Source: Eledone cirrhosa (taxonomy: Eukaryota). From it: 64,000 bases of DNA. The stretch spans positions 307,954,001 to 308,018,000 of the forward strand of contig OZ024742.1 of assembly GCA_964016885.1 (NCBI GenBank), read 5' to 3'. The notes beneath the pieces are model-generated. The model ran no database searches. It saw only the letters and a program-made list of their open reading frames with translations, and was not told the DNA's origin. The position numbers and the translations under genes are program-made. Below are positions 14,520-32,509 of the stretch, one piece after another (the first letter of the stretch is position 1; each line of letters begins with the position of its first letter).

Positions 14520-15351
14520 TCTTTTCATTCAAAGAATATAAAATTCCTGAATTTAAATCACAAACTAGCGCTATCAAAGACTGTTCCTGGGATGAGAGTG
14601 GATGATGTAGAACAGGTTTATCAAGGGCCGTAGTAGAGATAGAGGCAAAAGGAGGTAGGTCAAACTAGCCACCGCTGTTATCAGCAGCAGTCGGAATGAC
14701 CCGGTTTGTTCTCAACGTTTGTGGAGGTAGTAGTAATATGAAATACGTCCTTTCACGCACAAGGCGCCAAGGTACGCATGTATTGTCCAACCAAGTGCCA
14801 GTGTGGTTCAATGGCGGGTTAATAAATTAACGAGCCAGAACAAATATAAACAAGGTTTAGTAAATAATGAAAAAGTTTCAAAATAAATTTTAAAAAATTG
14901 ACTTTACCTACTATAGTTACCTTTACCGATCGGTTTCGAATCCCAAAAATAAAACTATAGTAGGTAAAGTCAATTTTTTAAAATTTATTTTGAAACTTTT
15001 TCATTATTTACTAAACCTTGTTTATATTTGTTCTGGCTCGTTAATTTATTAACCCGCCATTGAACCACACTGGCACTTGGTTGGTCAATACATGCGTACC
15101 TTGGCGCCTTGTGCGTGAAAGGACGTATTTCATATTACTACTACCTCCACAAACGTTGAGAACAAACCGGGTCATTCCGACTGCTGCTGATAACAGCGGT
15201 GGCTAGTTTGACCTACCTCCTTTTGCCTCTATCTTTACTACGGCCCTTGATAAACCTGTTCTACATCATCCACTCTCATCCCAGGAACAGTCTTTGATAG
15301 CGCTAGTTTGTGATTTAAATTCAGGAATTTTATATTCTTTGAATGAAAAGA

Positions 15352-15435
15352 ACCTTCTGACGAGAATCTCTCTTTGCAACGAAGACCGTATGGCCTACGT
15401 TTTATTTTTGGGATTCGAAACCGATCGGTAAAGGT
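15352..15435 (+). ncRNA. Type I hammerhead ribozyme with an intact core and a palindromic helix III
   Basis: ACCUU-CUGACGA-GAAUCUC...GGGAUUC-GAAA-CCGAUCG-GUA-AAGGU. ACCGAUCGGU is a perfect palindrome. Predicted cut after 15430. Confidence 0.92.
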
Positions 15436-15505
15436 AACTATAGTAGGTAAAGTCAATTTTTTAAAATTTATTTTGAAACTTTTTCATTATTTACTAAACC
15501 TTGTT

Positions 15506-17382
<1,877 letters not shown>

Positions 17383-17852
17383 ACGAAGGAATTGTGGTAA
17401 GGAACCAGATTGACCATAGCCCACCAAAGTACTCGATACTTAAGGTAGTAGAGTGGGTAATAGGAACAAGTATGACCTCGACGGCAGAGCTCAAGCCGTT
17501 TCGACGGCTATTTCTGGACTAAATAAGAATTTTTAGCCTGGTAAATAAATAGCCGAACTTCTCAGGGGTATTTCCTTATAGGGGAAGATAGTATTTGTCA
17601 AAAGGATTGGTCAAAAATTTGTTGTAGATACAGATGAATCTATCATGGCATTTGGTGTGAGGTAGGGGTGGCTGAACTTGCAGGTAGAACAAAGAGGGAG
17701 TGGGGGAAACCCAATCAAGCGTTGAAAGTTAAATCTATAACTTCGCACAAAACATTGTCTCCTCTAACCACAAAAAAATCAACCCCTATGGAAGAATTAA
17801 CCTAAACACCAGTGGAGAGCCGACCAGGAGGTGTAACTGTTCTGATAGATCC

Positions 17853-18275
17853 ATGTGCCCCTTCAACAACAGATGCCGAGATCGTAATGTGATCTACCAG
17901 TGCAACGTGAGGACGGACACCTCCAAGAAAGCTTATATAGGATTAACTGCGTGTGACTTCAAGACTCGGCTTTACCAACACCGACATACTTTCCGTAACC
18001 CGGCCTGGCGTCATGCCACTACACTTTCGGGCCACATCTGGGACCTCAAAGATAATAATATAACCTACAATCTCACTTGGATCTTACTGTCCAGAGCTAA
18101 CTCTCACACGGGAGGACGCCGTCCGTGTAACTTATGCTCGGAGGAAACATTACATATGGTGTTTTCGAAGGACCAACTCCTAAACAAGAAAGACGATCTG
18201 GTAACCGCATGCAAACACAGATTACGTAGGACTTACTTCGCCCTCAAACCCCATAATGCCCGGGGGGGGGGGTAG
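17853..18275 (+). pseudogene. PLE GIY-YIG endonuclease domain (frame open from about 17735; element 5'-truncated)
   Basis: CNC..CP...C..RNVIYQC, AYIGLT..DFKTRLYQHRHTF, TTLSGHIWDLK, CNLCSEE, LLNKK, CKH. Confidence 0.88.
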
Positions 18276-18956
18276 ACAAGGGCTGATACACCCCACTTGT
18301 CGACTTTGTAAGGGGTAACCCCTGCTTACAAAAGTAGACGTAACTTTTTTTTATATTTTCTTCTGTTTCCTTCTTCCTCGCATCTCTTCCTACTCCTTCC
18401 ACCCCAGATCTCCTTCCTCGTCTTTTTTTCACCTTTCGCCTACCCGGATGCAGCCCATCTGTCCTCTATAGCCTCAGTACCCTCTGCCCTTAATTTTAAG
18501 ATACAATTGGCCAATTACGCTTTTTATAGCAGATGTGTTAGACCCCAGTAAATTTTTTTCTTTCTGGTTGCTGCTCCATTTCTGTGGTTTCTAACTTTCT
18601 TAGTGGTATTTTTGTATTAGTATTTTTGTATTAGCATTTTTGTATTAGTATTTTTGTTTTAGTTTCTTTGTATTAATATTTTGTATTAGTATTTTTGTAG
18701 TAGTATTTTAGTATTTTTGTTCTCAACTTATAAACCTGTCATTGTAAGATAGCATAGGCTTATTAATAACTATCTATAGCAATGGTTTTAGACCCCCTGT
18801 AAAGCCGGCTTTATAAAATTCTTTCACTACTTTCTCCTTTTTAGTATTTTTCCCATTCTCCACATATTAAACCTTTCTATAGCTTAGCAATACCAATGAG
18901 AGTTTTGGTGATTGTGGAAATGGAGTAGTAACCAGAAATTGTTTTTTATATATTTA

Positions 18957-19121
18957 TGGACACACTAGAAGAGGAAGACCAAGGTTAACATATGTTGATG
19001 CCCTAAGGACAGACACTGGTCTGTTGGAGATGCAGGATATGGCAGCGATAATGAGGGACAGAGACCGCTGGAGAGAACTCGTCCATGGATCTCGTGAATT
19101 TTACCCGCCTTAGATAGATAG
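18957..19121 (+). mobile_element. Extremely 5'-truncated RTE-type LINE 3' end nested in the PLE 3' UTR
   Basis: Translates HTRRGRPRLTYVDALRTDTGL...MRDRDRWRELV...*, followed by a (TAGA)n tail and a probable ATATATTT target duplication. Absent from the homologous stretch at about 33290-33320. Confidence 0.8.
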
Positions 19122-19519
19122 ATATATTTATATACTTATTTTTATAATGGTTTTTTTTCTCTCGCTTTCGATTTACCTATTCTTTCAGCCCCCTCCCCCT
19201 CCTCTTATCCAGTACACTTTTTCGACCTTTTATACACTATCCTTTGTATCTGCTGCATATATTTCACGTTCAATGCTTGACTGGGTTTTCCCCACTCCCT
19301 CTTTGTTCTACGGGCAAGTTCAGCCACCCCTACCGGCCACCAAATGCCATGATAGATTCATCTGTCTCTACAACAATTTTTTTACCAATCCTTTTGACAA
19401 TTACTATCTTTCCATATAAGGAAATAACCCCTGAGAAGTTCGTCTATTTATTTACCAGGCTAACAATTCTTATTTAGTCCAGAAATAGACGTCTCTGCCG
19501 TCGGGGTCATACTTGTTCC

Positions 19520-20397
<878 letters not shown>

Positions 20398-20957
20398 ACT
20401 ACATCTTTGCCTACTGCTATCTCAAGGAATTTACCTTCTAATAACAGTACAAGAACTCTCCCTCCCATTGCCCACAAAGGTCGTCAAAACCTACACAAAC
20501 CATCATCTACACCTCTCACAACACACACACACACATACACACCCTCTCGAAACCCCATCATTTGCCGCTACCCTCTACGCTATAGAATATGTACGGATAG
20601 TGGCTGCAAATTCACCCGTTTATCTAGGACAAAACGGTCTATCCTTACAAACAGCCACCACCATAATACATAATCTAATTTAACACCAACACAACCACCA
20701 ATAACTCAAACAAGGAATCCACAAATCTGCCGCTTTTCCCTGCGAGACAGATTGTGTTTACACCGGGATTGTCCCTTTACCCATCTCCCGGGGACCCGTC
20801 GGACAAATGAGAATAAAAATAAAAATAAAAGCAAAAACAAAAACCATAACCTACATAAAAATAACCACTACCACAGTCACCAACAGTCTCCTAAACAGGA
20901 AACTTCTTCCTCTTTTTTAGCCATAATAAATCTGGCAAAAGAACTGGAAAAAAACAT

Positions 20958-22359
20958 TTGAGCTATCACCCAGCACCACCCTCCACTATCACCCCACTGC
21001 ACAAACTCACATTGCTGCCATTAACAAACAAACAAATTAACAACACACCAAAACAATTAAAACCATCCACTCTCGCCTCAACATTTTTGCTTAACGCCCA
21101 AGGCATCAGCCCTTCCACCAATACTCAAAAATGGAATATCAAATTCCTGGAGGACTGGGTTGATGTCCATCCAAACCACATCCCTTTCTTCGTCCTCAAT
21201 GAAACCCATCTCAGTAACCTCCACTTGGAAGCCGAGGTGAAAGTGAAAAATTTCAAAGCCATCCGTGCTGATCGCGCTGGCAGAAGAAAGGGTGGGACTG
21301 CCATTTATGTCCATAATTCTTTCTCAACAGAGGCTATGAACATATTTACTAATGGATACTGCGAAGCAGTCACTGTATTCAGTCAAACCAACAACCTAAT
21401 AGTAGTTGGGCTCTATAGGCCACCCCAAACGCCTCTACCATGCTTCAAGGAATGCCTCAACAGCATAAAGTGTTACATCCAAGAGTGTCACCCTGACAAC
21501 ATCTTAATGATGGGTGTCTCAACCTCCCTGGAGTTGACTGGTCCACAAACAGCCTGCCACCAGGTTCTTCTGCCTCAACCTTTGACAGGGAAGCAGTGGA
21601 ATCGCTTCTTGACTTCATGGATGATTTCTTCCTGTCCCAACTGGTGCTCGAACCAACGAGGTGCCACAAAAACGTCCTAGACTTAATTTTCAGCAATCAC
21701 ACTGACACTATCCATAATATTGCAGTGGAGAAAACTCTACTCTCTGATCATGACATGGTTCTCTGTGATCTGAGATTCCACCGTCCAATATACAAACCCA
21801 ATGTCATCTCTCCTGTCCATCCGTTTGACGCTATGGATTTCCACAATGCAAACTGGGAAGCGATCAGTCATGAACTTGCACAGACTAACATCATCTAACA
21901 TCAAAACGTCCTGGCAGACATTTGTGGACACTGTTACAAACATATGTGCAAAACACACCCCATTAAGAACTATAAACAAATCTAAGAGCAGAATCCCTAG
22001 AAATAGAAAAACGCTCATCAGGAAAATTAAGAGAACTAACAAAAAAGTAAACAAGCTGAAATACTGTCAGCAGCAACACATCAACTTGACTGCCATTTCA
22101 TCACTAAAGATTAAAAAACATAACCTCCAAAACAATATGATGTATATCATCAACAATCAGAGAAGAGCTGAAGAGGCCTGGGCCATTGAGAAGATAAAGT
22201 TCAATCCCAAAGTGTTCTTTTCATTTGCAAAAAAAACACAAAATCACTGGCTCTACTGTTGGCCCTCTAATTGATGAAAATGGCACTCTTCAAGACAATG
22301 CTAAAACCATGGGTGAGATACTGCAGAAATAATACTGCTCTGTTTTCAGCAATCCTGAT
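20958..22359 (+). pseudogene. APE endonuclease and linker of ORF2, disrupted by frameshifts and stops
   Basis: Consecutive ORFs 20958-21680, 21596-21898 and 21801-22274 carry APE motifs and the NPKVFFSF linker motif. Confidence 0.85.
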
Positions 22360-24009
22360 ATGGCCGATCTGGGCTGTATCGGCGATGTTACTCCCCATTA
22401 CACCTTATCGGACATAACGTTTGGCGCCCCTGATGTCTTAGCGGCAATAAAGGAAATCAAGCATAATTCAGCAGTAGGTCCCGATAGGGTCCCTGCTTGT
22501 GTTTTGAAGGCGTGTCAACACCAACTTGCATCTCCTCTTGCCAATTTGTGGCGGAACTCACTGGATGCTGGATATGTATCAGAAAACCTTCTATCCCAGT
22601 CTGTTGTCCCAGTTCTCAAAAAAGGAAACAAATCCCTTGCCGTGAATTACCGTCCAATCTCACTGACCTCTCATATCATTAAGGTATTTCAGAGAGTGGT
22701 GAAATCGCGAATGACTCACTTTCTTGAGAGTAACAATATGCTGAACTCCAACCAGCATGGATTCCGTAATGGAATGGATTGCCTGACGCAGCTACTGCAT
22801 CACTTTGATGACATTTTGAGAGCCTTGGGAGAGGGTTCCAACACTGATGTTATCTACCTTGATTTCAGCAAGGCCTTTGACAGGGTTGATCACAACATTC
22901 TACTGAGAAAGCTGTCCAATATTGGTGTCACTGGAAAGCTGCTGCAGTGGATCAAGAGCTTCCTGTCAAACAGAACCCAACATGTTGTAGTCGAAGGAGT
23001 CAAATCCAACCCAGCCAAAGTCAGTAGTGTGGTTCCACAAGGCACTGTGTTGGGCCCACTTCTCTTCATCATCTATATTAATGACATAACTGACATCATC
23101 AAACACAGCAACATTAGAATTTTCGCTGATGATTCCAAGCTCCAAAAGGTCATCAGTGGCGTGGATGACCGGATAAGCCTTCAGTCAGACCTACTGGCTG
23201 TTACCCAATGGGCGGAAAAGAACAACATGTTACTGAACGAAGACAAATTCGAACTGATCCACTTTGGAAAAGAGGATGCTCTGAAACTCCCGTACCCTCT
23301 TCCCTCCGGTGAAACTCTCGTGGCATCTAACAACATCAGAGACTTGGAAGTAACCGTGGACAGCAACATAAGCAGGGCCACGCATATAAGCAGCAAAGTT
23401 GACATGGCCCGCAGAATGTGTTCCTGGATCCTCAGAACCTTCCCGTCGAGAGATTCCCACACCATTATCCTTCTCTTTTCCACTTTTGCCCGACCACACC
23501 TTGAATACTGTTGTTCACTGTGGTCTCCCCACACGAAACAAAGTATCATGAAACTTGAAGCTCTCCAAAGGGCAATCACGAAAAAGATAGATGGCATGTC
23601 AGACCTTGACTACTGGGGTCGACTAGAAAAGCTGACACTTTACTCACTCCAACGTCGCCGTGAGCGTTATATTATCTGCATGATGTGGAAAATGTTTCAT
23701 CAGCACTGCCCAAATGATGTTGGCATCACCTTCAAAATACACCGAAGGCTTGGGCCCCGTGTTATCCGTCACAAACAAAAATCTAAATCGCAACTCATAA
23801 CAACAATACGGCACAATTATTTCACCTCAATTGGCCCTGCTCTCTTCAACGTCACACCAGGACACGTCAAAACAGAAACTGACCACACAAAATTCAAGAA
23901 GTCTTTGGAGAGATTCCTCCAAGTAATCCCGGACAAACCACCCACACCCGGATATGTCTCCGCAAACAGTAATTCTCTTCTCAAATGGGCCATGGTGCCC
24001 AAATCCTGA
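22360..24009 (+). CDS. Reverse transcriptase domain of CR1-group LINE ORF2 (open 549-aa segment of a disrupted ORF2)
   Basis: [59 protein letters not shown]. Confidence 0.9.
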   Translation: MADLGCIGDVTPHYTLSDITFGAPDVLAAIKEIKHNSAVGPDRVPACVLKACQHQLASPLANLWRNSLDAGYVSENLLSQSVVPVLKKGNKSLAVNYRPISLTSHIIKVFQRVVKSRMTHFLESNNMLNSNQHGFRNGMDCLTQLLHHFDDILRALGEGSNTDVIYLDFSKAFDRVDHNILLRKLSNIGVTGKLLQWIKSFLSNRTQHVVVEGVKSNPAKVSSVVPQGTVLGPLLFIIYINDITDIIKHSNIRIFADDSKLQKVISGVDDRISLQSDLLAVTQWAEKNNMLLNEDKFELIHFGKEDALKLPYPLPSGETLVASNNIRDLEVTVDSNISRATHISSKVDMARRMCSWILRTFPSRDSHTIILLFSTFARPHLEYCCSLWSPHTKQSIMKLEALQRAITKKIDGMSDLDYWGRLEKLTLYSLQRRRERYIICMMWKMFHQHCPNDVGITFKIHRRLGPRVIRHKQKSKSQLITTIRHNYFTSIGPALFNVTPGHVKTETDHTKFKKSLERFLQVIPDKPPTPGYVSANSNSLLKWAMVPKS

Positions 24010-24097
24010 ATTGAAAGACTTCGCCAGGTGGTGCTATTAAGTTAGACATGGCCTGGGCCAATACTGGCCAAAATATTTCAAAGTTATTCAAAGTTAT

Positions 24098-24557
<460 letters not shown>

Positions 24558-24646
24558 TATTTGTCTCTGTGGCCGTAGCGGTAGGTGTTGAGACAGCAGA
24601 GCGGCTGGTCTGGGGTCCAGTCTCAGTCAGGAATCTCTCAAGAAAT

Positions 24647-24677
<31 letters not shown>

Positions 24678-24686
24678 CATATATAA

Positions 24687-24901
24687 TTGTATATGTATAA
24701 TAAAGCCAAAACAATACAGATATGGACATAGAATAAAGAATGCAAATGCAAAAGATATTGTTGACAATTAGTCTTTTACCTTAGATTTATTTACATGTCC
24801 TTAATTTTCGAGATAATATCTCTTCTTCGGAGGGAATTAAAGCGGTTAAACCAGTGTTCTAAATAGCTTGCCAAGTCATGACTTGGCAAGCTATTTAGAA
24901 C
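24687..24901 (-). mobile_element. Solo pLTR fragment of the 7067-9547 PLE family, ending in a 46-bp perfect palindrome
   Basis: Matches 7077-7270. Palindrome GTTCTAAATAGCTTGCCAAGTCATGACTTGGCAAGCTATTTAGAAC at 24856-24901. Confidence 0.88.
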
Positions 24902-25019
24902 GTGCGTGTGTTTCTTATTGGCAACATGACCCTCCCAAAGTATAACAATATCGGTTTCAACACACGTTTTCAGATAAAGAATCCTGCTAAACAAATTCAG
25001 AAACGAAATGTATATATAT

Positions 25020-25120
<101 letters not shown>

Positions 25121-25221
25121 TATAATATTTATATATACATATATATGTATATATATACATATATATAAAATAAAATAATTAAGTCAAATATTTAAAATTT
25201 GGCTTCGTTTATTAAAGATGT

Positions 25222-25276
25222 ACTGCTATATATATTTCGGTGACAGCCATCATTGGCTGTGACCTGTTCAGGCAGT
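25222..25276 (-). ncRNA. Type I hammerhead with one core substitution (CUGAACA)
   Basis: Minus strand: ACUGC-CUGAACA-GGUCACAGCC-AAUGAU-GGCUGUCACC-GAAA-U-AUAU-AUA-GCAGU. Confidence 0.75.
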
Positions 25277-26457
25277 CTGAATTGATGTGGTAGAGACATG
25301 TACACATGTTGTTAAAGTGTTTTACTTCGTTAATACTCCGATATGTCCAGCTCCTGGTTGGGTTGTTATTTCTCTGAGGAACTGGAATCATATGATTTCG
25401 AACAAACGAATTTCGGCACCATAGGAGTCTCCTTCCTCCCATTGATCAGTTGTGAGAACATTCCTCAGTCAAAAGTCTATAGAAATTTTTCTGAGGCAAG
25501 ACAATCTGTTGTGGTTATTTTTGTTAAGTACAGATGACCTCCTCCCTTGTATTGGTAGTGGTATTGGTGTTAGGGGGTCAGCTGGCTGGTCAGCTTTACT
25601 TAGGCTGCTGCTATGTTTAGAAGAATTTGTGTGTGTGGGTTGGCATCTATCCTGCAACCATTTCACGTGGTGGGGGTGCCAAACAGACAAAGAAATAAGA
25701 TAAAGTAAAATGAAGAAATAAAAAAATAAGAGACAATAAAATGAAGAAATAAAAAAATAAAAAATAAAAAAATAAAATAATAAAATAAAATGCGTGTGTG
25801 TTATAACCAATATCAAAGTTTGAAAGATTTGGAAAATATTGGCTGAAGTAAAAAGGCTGTGTGTCAGAATCGAGAAGTGCAAAGGATTACAATATTTACA
25901 CTATCATGGGGTGGTGTGTTTTAAAAGCAAATGAGACAAGAGTGGAGTGTAAAACACCAGAACCCGAGTGTCAAAATCCGGAAATGCAGAGGACTACAGT
26001 TCTTATTTCGGCATAGAGCACATATGGGTGTATGTCAACTCACATCGTTGCAATGACACGCACAAACACAGGGCCTCTCAATTTATATTATGTAAATGCT
26101 TTGGGGAGACATCGGAGAAACCGCGATATGAGCACCCAACCACTGTTTTAGATATTATATACATTTGTGTAGGTGTAGGGGTGTTTTAACTCTCCATAGG
26201 ATGATGTGAGAAAACATTAGTCGACTTATTCTAGTTCGAGATATTTAACAAATTTATCTGGGAGAGAGATCTCTTTTTAAAATAAAAATGTAATTCACTG
26301 GAAAATCGGAATTTTATTGATTCTGCCTGCACATATTTCAATTATTTACCGAAAACGTAAACTGTAAGGTGTGTTCTACTCGGAAGCACAAAGTAAGCGG
26401 TTGATGTCGTACATATAGCTAAACAAGTCCAATTCTCAACCTCTATTAAGAGCTCAT

Positions 26458-26625
26458 GGTAGAGGGTCGGACGCCATGCTTTGCAGCAAAGAGTTATGAC
26501 CCGTTATGGTCTGAGTTCAAATCCCGCCGAGGTTAACTTTGCCTTTCATCGTTACGGGGTCGATAAAATAAAGTACCAGTAATGCATTGGGATAATTGCT
26601 GGCCTTGTGCTAAAAGTAGAAATAA
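26458..26625 (+). mobile_element. SINE family 1, 5'-truncated
   Basis: GGTAGAGGGTCGGACGCC...GAGTTCAAATCCCGCCGAGG...GGGGTCGATAAAATAAAGTACC...AAGTAGAAA. Confidence 0.85.
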
Positions 26626-27174
26626 TTATTTATTGTTCTTTCGCAGCTGTTGCACTAATTTTTCGTAAAATGTTTGAGAACATACCGTTCAGTTTTTCTG
26701 AGGAACAAAGCAACACTGTTTATGAAGAGGAATTTACAATTGATTATATTAATTTAAACTTTTATTGGACCTTAAGAATTTTGAAGAGCTAAAATGGAAA
26801 ACTAAATTCCATTCCAATGATAATAACACAGAAATAATTTTGCATTCGTTTGTGCTAATTTACACTTTTATATGAAAAAATATTAATCGAATTCATTCTT
26901 GAAATGAAATTATTCTTTGATGGCATTTTACCAAGCAGCATTGTTAATATGAACAAAACAACAGCAAGGGGAAATGTGTGAACGACTGAAACTGAAAGTT
27001 ATTCATTACGTAATTGTGTAAAAAGGAATAATCAAAATGTTATTTTGACATAGAATACAGGCTCCTCTTCTGTTATATTACTGCATGCATGCATGCATAT
27101 ATATTCGATCGTAAAGCAATGAATGCAATATGTATAATAACTTGCCTTTGTTATGATTGTTAAACTAATATGTA

Positions 27175-27246
<72 letters not shown>

Positions 27247-27252
27247 TGAGGT

Positions 27253-27370
27253 GAAGGTGGGTGGCTGAGTGGTAAGAGGATTGGATTCGCAATCGTGAGG
27301 TTGTTAGTTCGTTTCCTGGACCAGGCAATTCTTTATGTCCTTGAGCAAGACACTTTATTTCACGATGCCT
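27253..27370 (+). mobile_element. tRNA-derived SINE, family 2 (CORE/V-like)
   Basis: A box TGGCTGAGTGG, B-box-like AGTTCGTTTCC, then GTCCTTGAGCAAGACACTT. Confidence 0.7.
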
Positions 27371-27479
27371 TCTACCTGGAGTTGTGACATATAGATTATA
27401 TTAGCAATTGGAAAGACCAACGGAACCATTGTTACCTCGGTCTGATGATTTGACGAGAATCGATCGACTGTCGATATAT

Positions 27480-27513
<34 letters not shown>

Positions 27514-27515
<2 letters not shown>

Positions 27516-28025
27516 GGTAAGTTATTCCGGGTTGAATTGGAGGTAACCACAGTAAGTAAGGTAGTCAATACATAGCAGAGTAAAAGGTTTTAATATAGAT
27601 GAGATTCTACAGGACTAGAACTGTTTCATAATTTAGAAATCATCAGGAATCTGGCTTTCCAAAATAAATGTTGTGGTATTTATATCTTTTCAGGTGGTAG
27701 GAGAGTGTGGGGAGTGGGATGGGTAGAGGTCATTGGTTGAAAGAAAAGGGAATTCATTAAAAGCTATTTCTTTAAGCCTATAATTTATATTTAGAGTGAC
27801 AAAGGCAGAAGGAATTCTATAAACAAGTTCAAATTGGGGTGACACTCCTTATTTTTAAGTTTCTCTTAAGCTAACAATCCCTATATTTCAGGTGTCTATA
27901 AGATGGTTGGAGGGTCGGTCATGGTTGATGGATTTAAAGAAAAGGGAAATTCTTTAAAAGCTAATTCTTTAAAGCTCTACTTAGAGTGACAAAGGCCAAG
28001 AGAATTCTATAAACCAGTTCAAAAT
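27514..28025 (-). mobile_element. Hammerhead-bearing pLTR-like repeat, family B (second copy at 33818-34075, plus strand)
   Basis: 27602-27852 is the reverse complement of 33818-34068. Contains a diverged internal tandem of about 190 bp. HHR at 27602-27652. Confidence 0.8.
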
Positions 28026-28091
28026 ATTGCGTGCCTGTCATATCATTATTGTCATGTTTCTCTTAAACTATATTCCAGGTGTCAACAGACA

Positions 28092-31658
<3,567 letters not shown>

Positions 31659-31782
31659 TTATACTCCAAGTTTGAACGGAATTCTTACAAACTTGTGGAG
31701 TTACCCTTAACCGTACGTTGAAACCATCCATGAAACTGGCTTTCTTAACCAAAAACTGGATCACAATAAGCAATTTTTTGCT

Positions 31783-32490
31783 CCGGAGGTATATGGTCTT
31801 TAAAGCGAAGAAATGCCGATGATCGTTGGGAGATCACTGATGAAGGACCACTTTATTCATATATAACCCAATTGCAACTCCGCAGCACGTTTATTCTTAT
31901 ATTTACACATATTTTTTCCCCCCGCTGTGACCCGTCTATTTCGTTCTTACTGCTTCCTCTTTCTCTGTATCTTTACCCTCTCTAACAGTCACTCTCTCTG
32001 TTAGCCTTTTCCTCACCCTTCACTCACTCACTCTCTGTTACTACCTCTCCTCCTTCTTCCCGTTTGACCTGTGCGTAATTCTTTTCTTTCGCACGCTTGG
32101 CCAGGCCGGTCGGCATTTTTTCTCTCTCTCGTCTACGATTTCACAGAACTTATGTTTACCGAATTCACAGACTGGACCCCTTCTTCCTCCCGTTAGACCT
32201 GTGCGAAATTCCTTCATTGCTCACATTTCAACCAGGTTTGATGGTCTTTATTCTCTCTCGTTCACGATTTCACCGAACTTATATTCATAGAAATTTTTGG
32301 ACTTGACTCGCTCTTCCTCACTTTTCATTGCTTCACCATCTTTGTTTGTTTACCCTCTCGCTGTTCCCTTTATTTACATGTCCCAACGACTTTCTTTAGC
32401 CGTTGCTCGCACCAACCGGAGGTATATGGTCTTTAAAGCGAAGAAATGCCGATGATGGTTGGAAGATCACTGATGAAGGACCACTTTATT
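31783..32490 (+). repeat. Non-coding unit of about 633 bp bounded by about 75-bp direct repeats containing CTGATGA
   Basis: CCGGAGGTATATGGTCTTTAAAGCGAAGAAATGCCGATGAT...GATCACTGATGAAGGACCACTTTATT at 31783 and 32416. Internal diverged tandem of about 128 bp (32050-32315). Confidence 0.75.
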
Positions 32491-32509
32491 TATATATATA
32501 TATATATAT

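Larger units (their letters stand above)
14248..15505. mobile_element. Non-coding 483-bp hammerhead-bearing unit (retrozyme / non-autonomous PLE) in a head-to-head inverted partial-tandem array
   Basis: Period 483 (TAGTAATATG at 14248 and 14731; CTATAG at 14955 and 15438). The left arm 14248-14954 is antisense, the right arm 14953-15505 is sense, and the arms differ at only a few positions. Confidence 0.9.
17382..19521 (+). mobile_element. PLE family A: inverted pLTR, GIY-YIG 3' part, 3' UTR and pLTR
   Basis: 17460-17735 is the reverse complement of about 19255-19521, with a GIY-YIG ORF between them. Confidence 0.88.
20398..24097 (+). mobile_element. Near full-length CR1-group LINE (ORF1 remnant with CCCH fingers, APE, RT)
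   Basis: APE: LLNAQG, VLNETHL, RADR..RKGGTAIYV, GLYRPP, EPTR..NVLDLIF, SDH. RT ORF 22360-24009. 3' end (TCAAAGTTAT)x2 runs into (TA)n. Confidence 0.93.

Noticed and set aside
14415-15456. Two identical 72-aa ORFs (14415-14633 + and 15238-15456 -)
   Set aside because: They arise from the inverted repeat, start at TTG, lie antisense to the ribozyme, and show no protein motif.
27253-27325. tRNA genes (here and at the SINE family 1 heads)
   Set aside because: A/B boxes are present but there is no full cloverleaf, and they continue into SINE body sequence.
27440-27478. CTGATGA followed by GTC as a possible hammerhead
   Set aside because: No GAAA and no helix I pairing.
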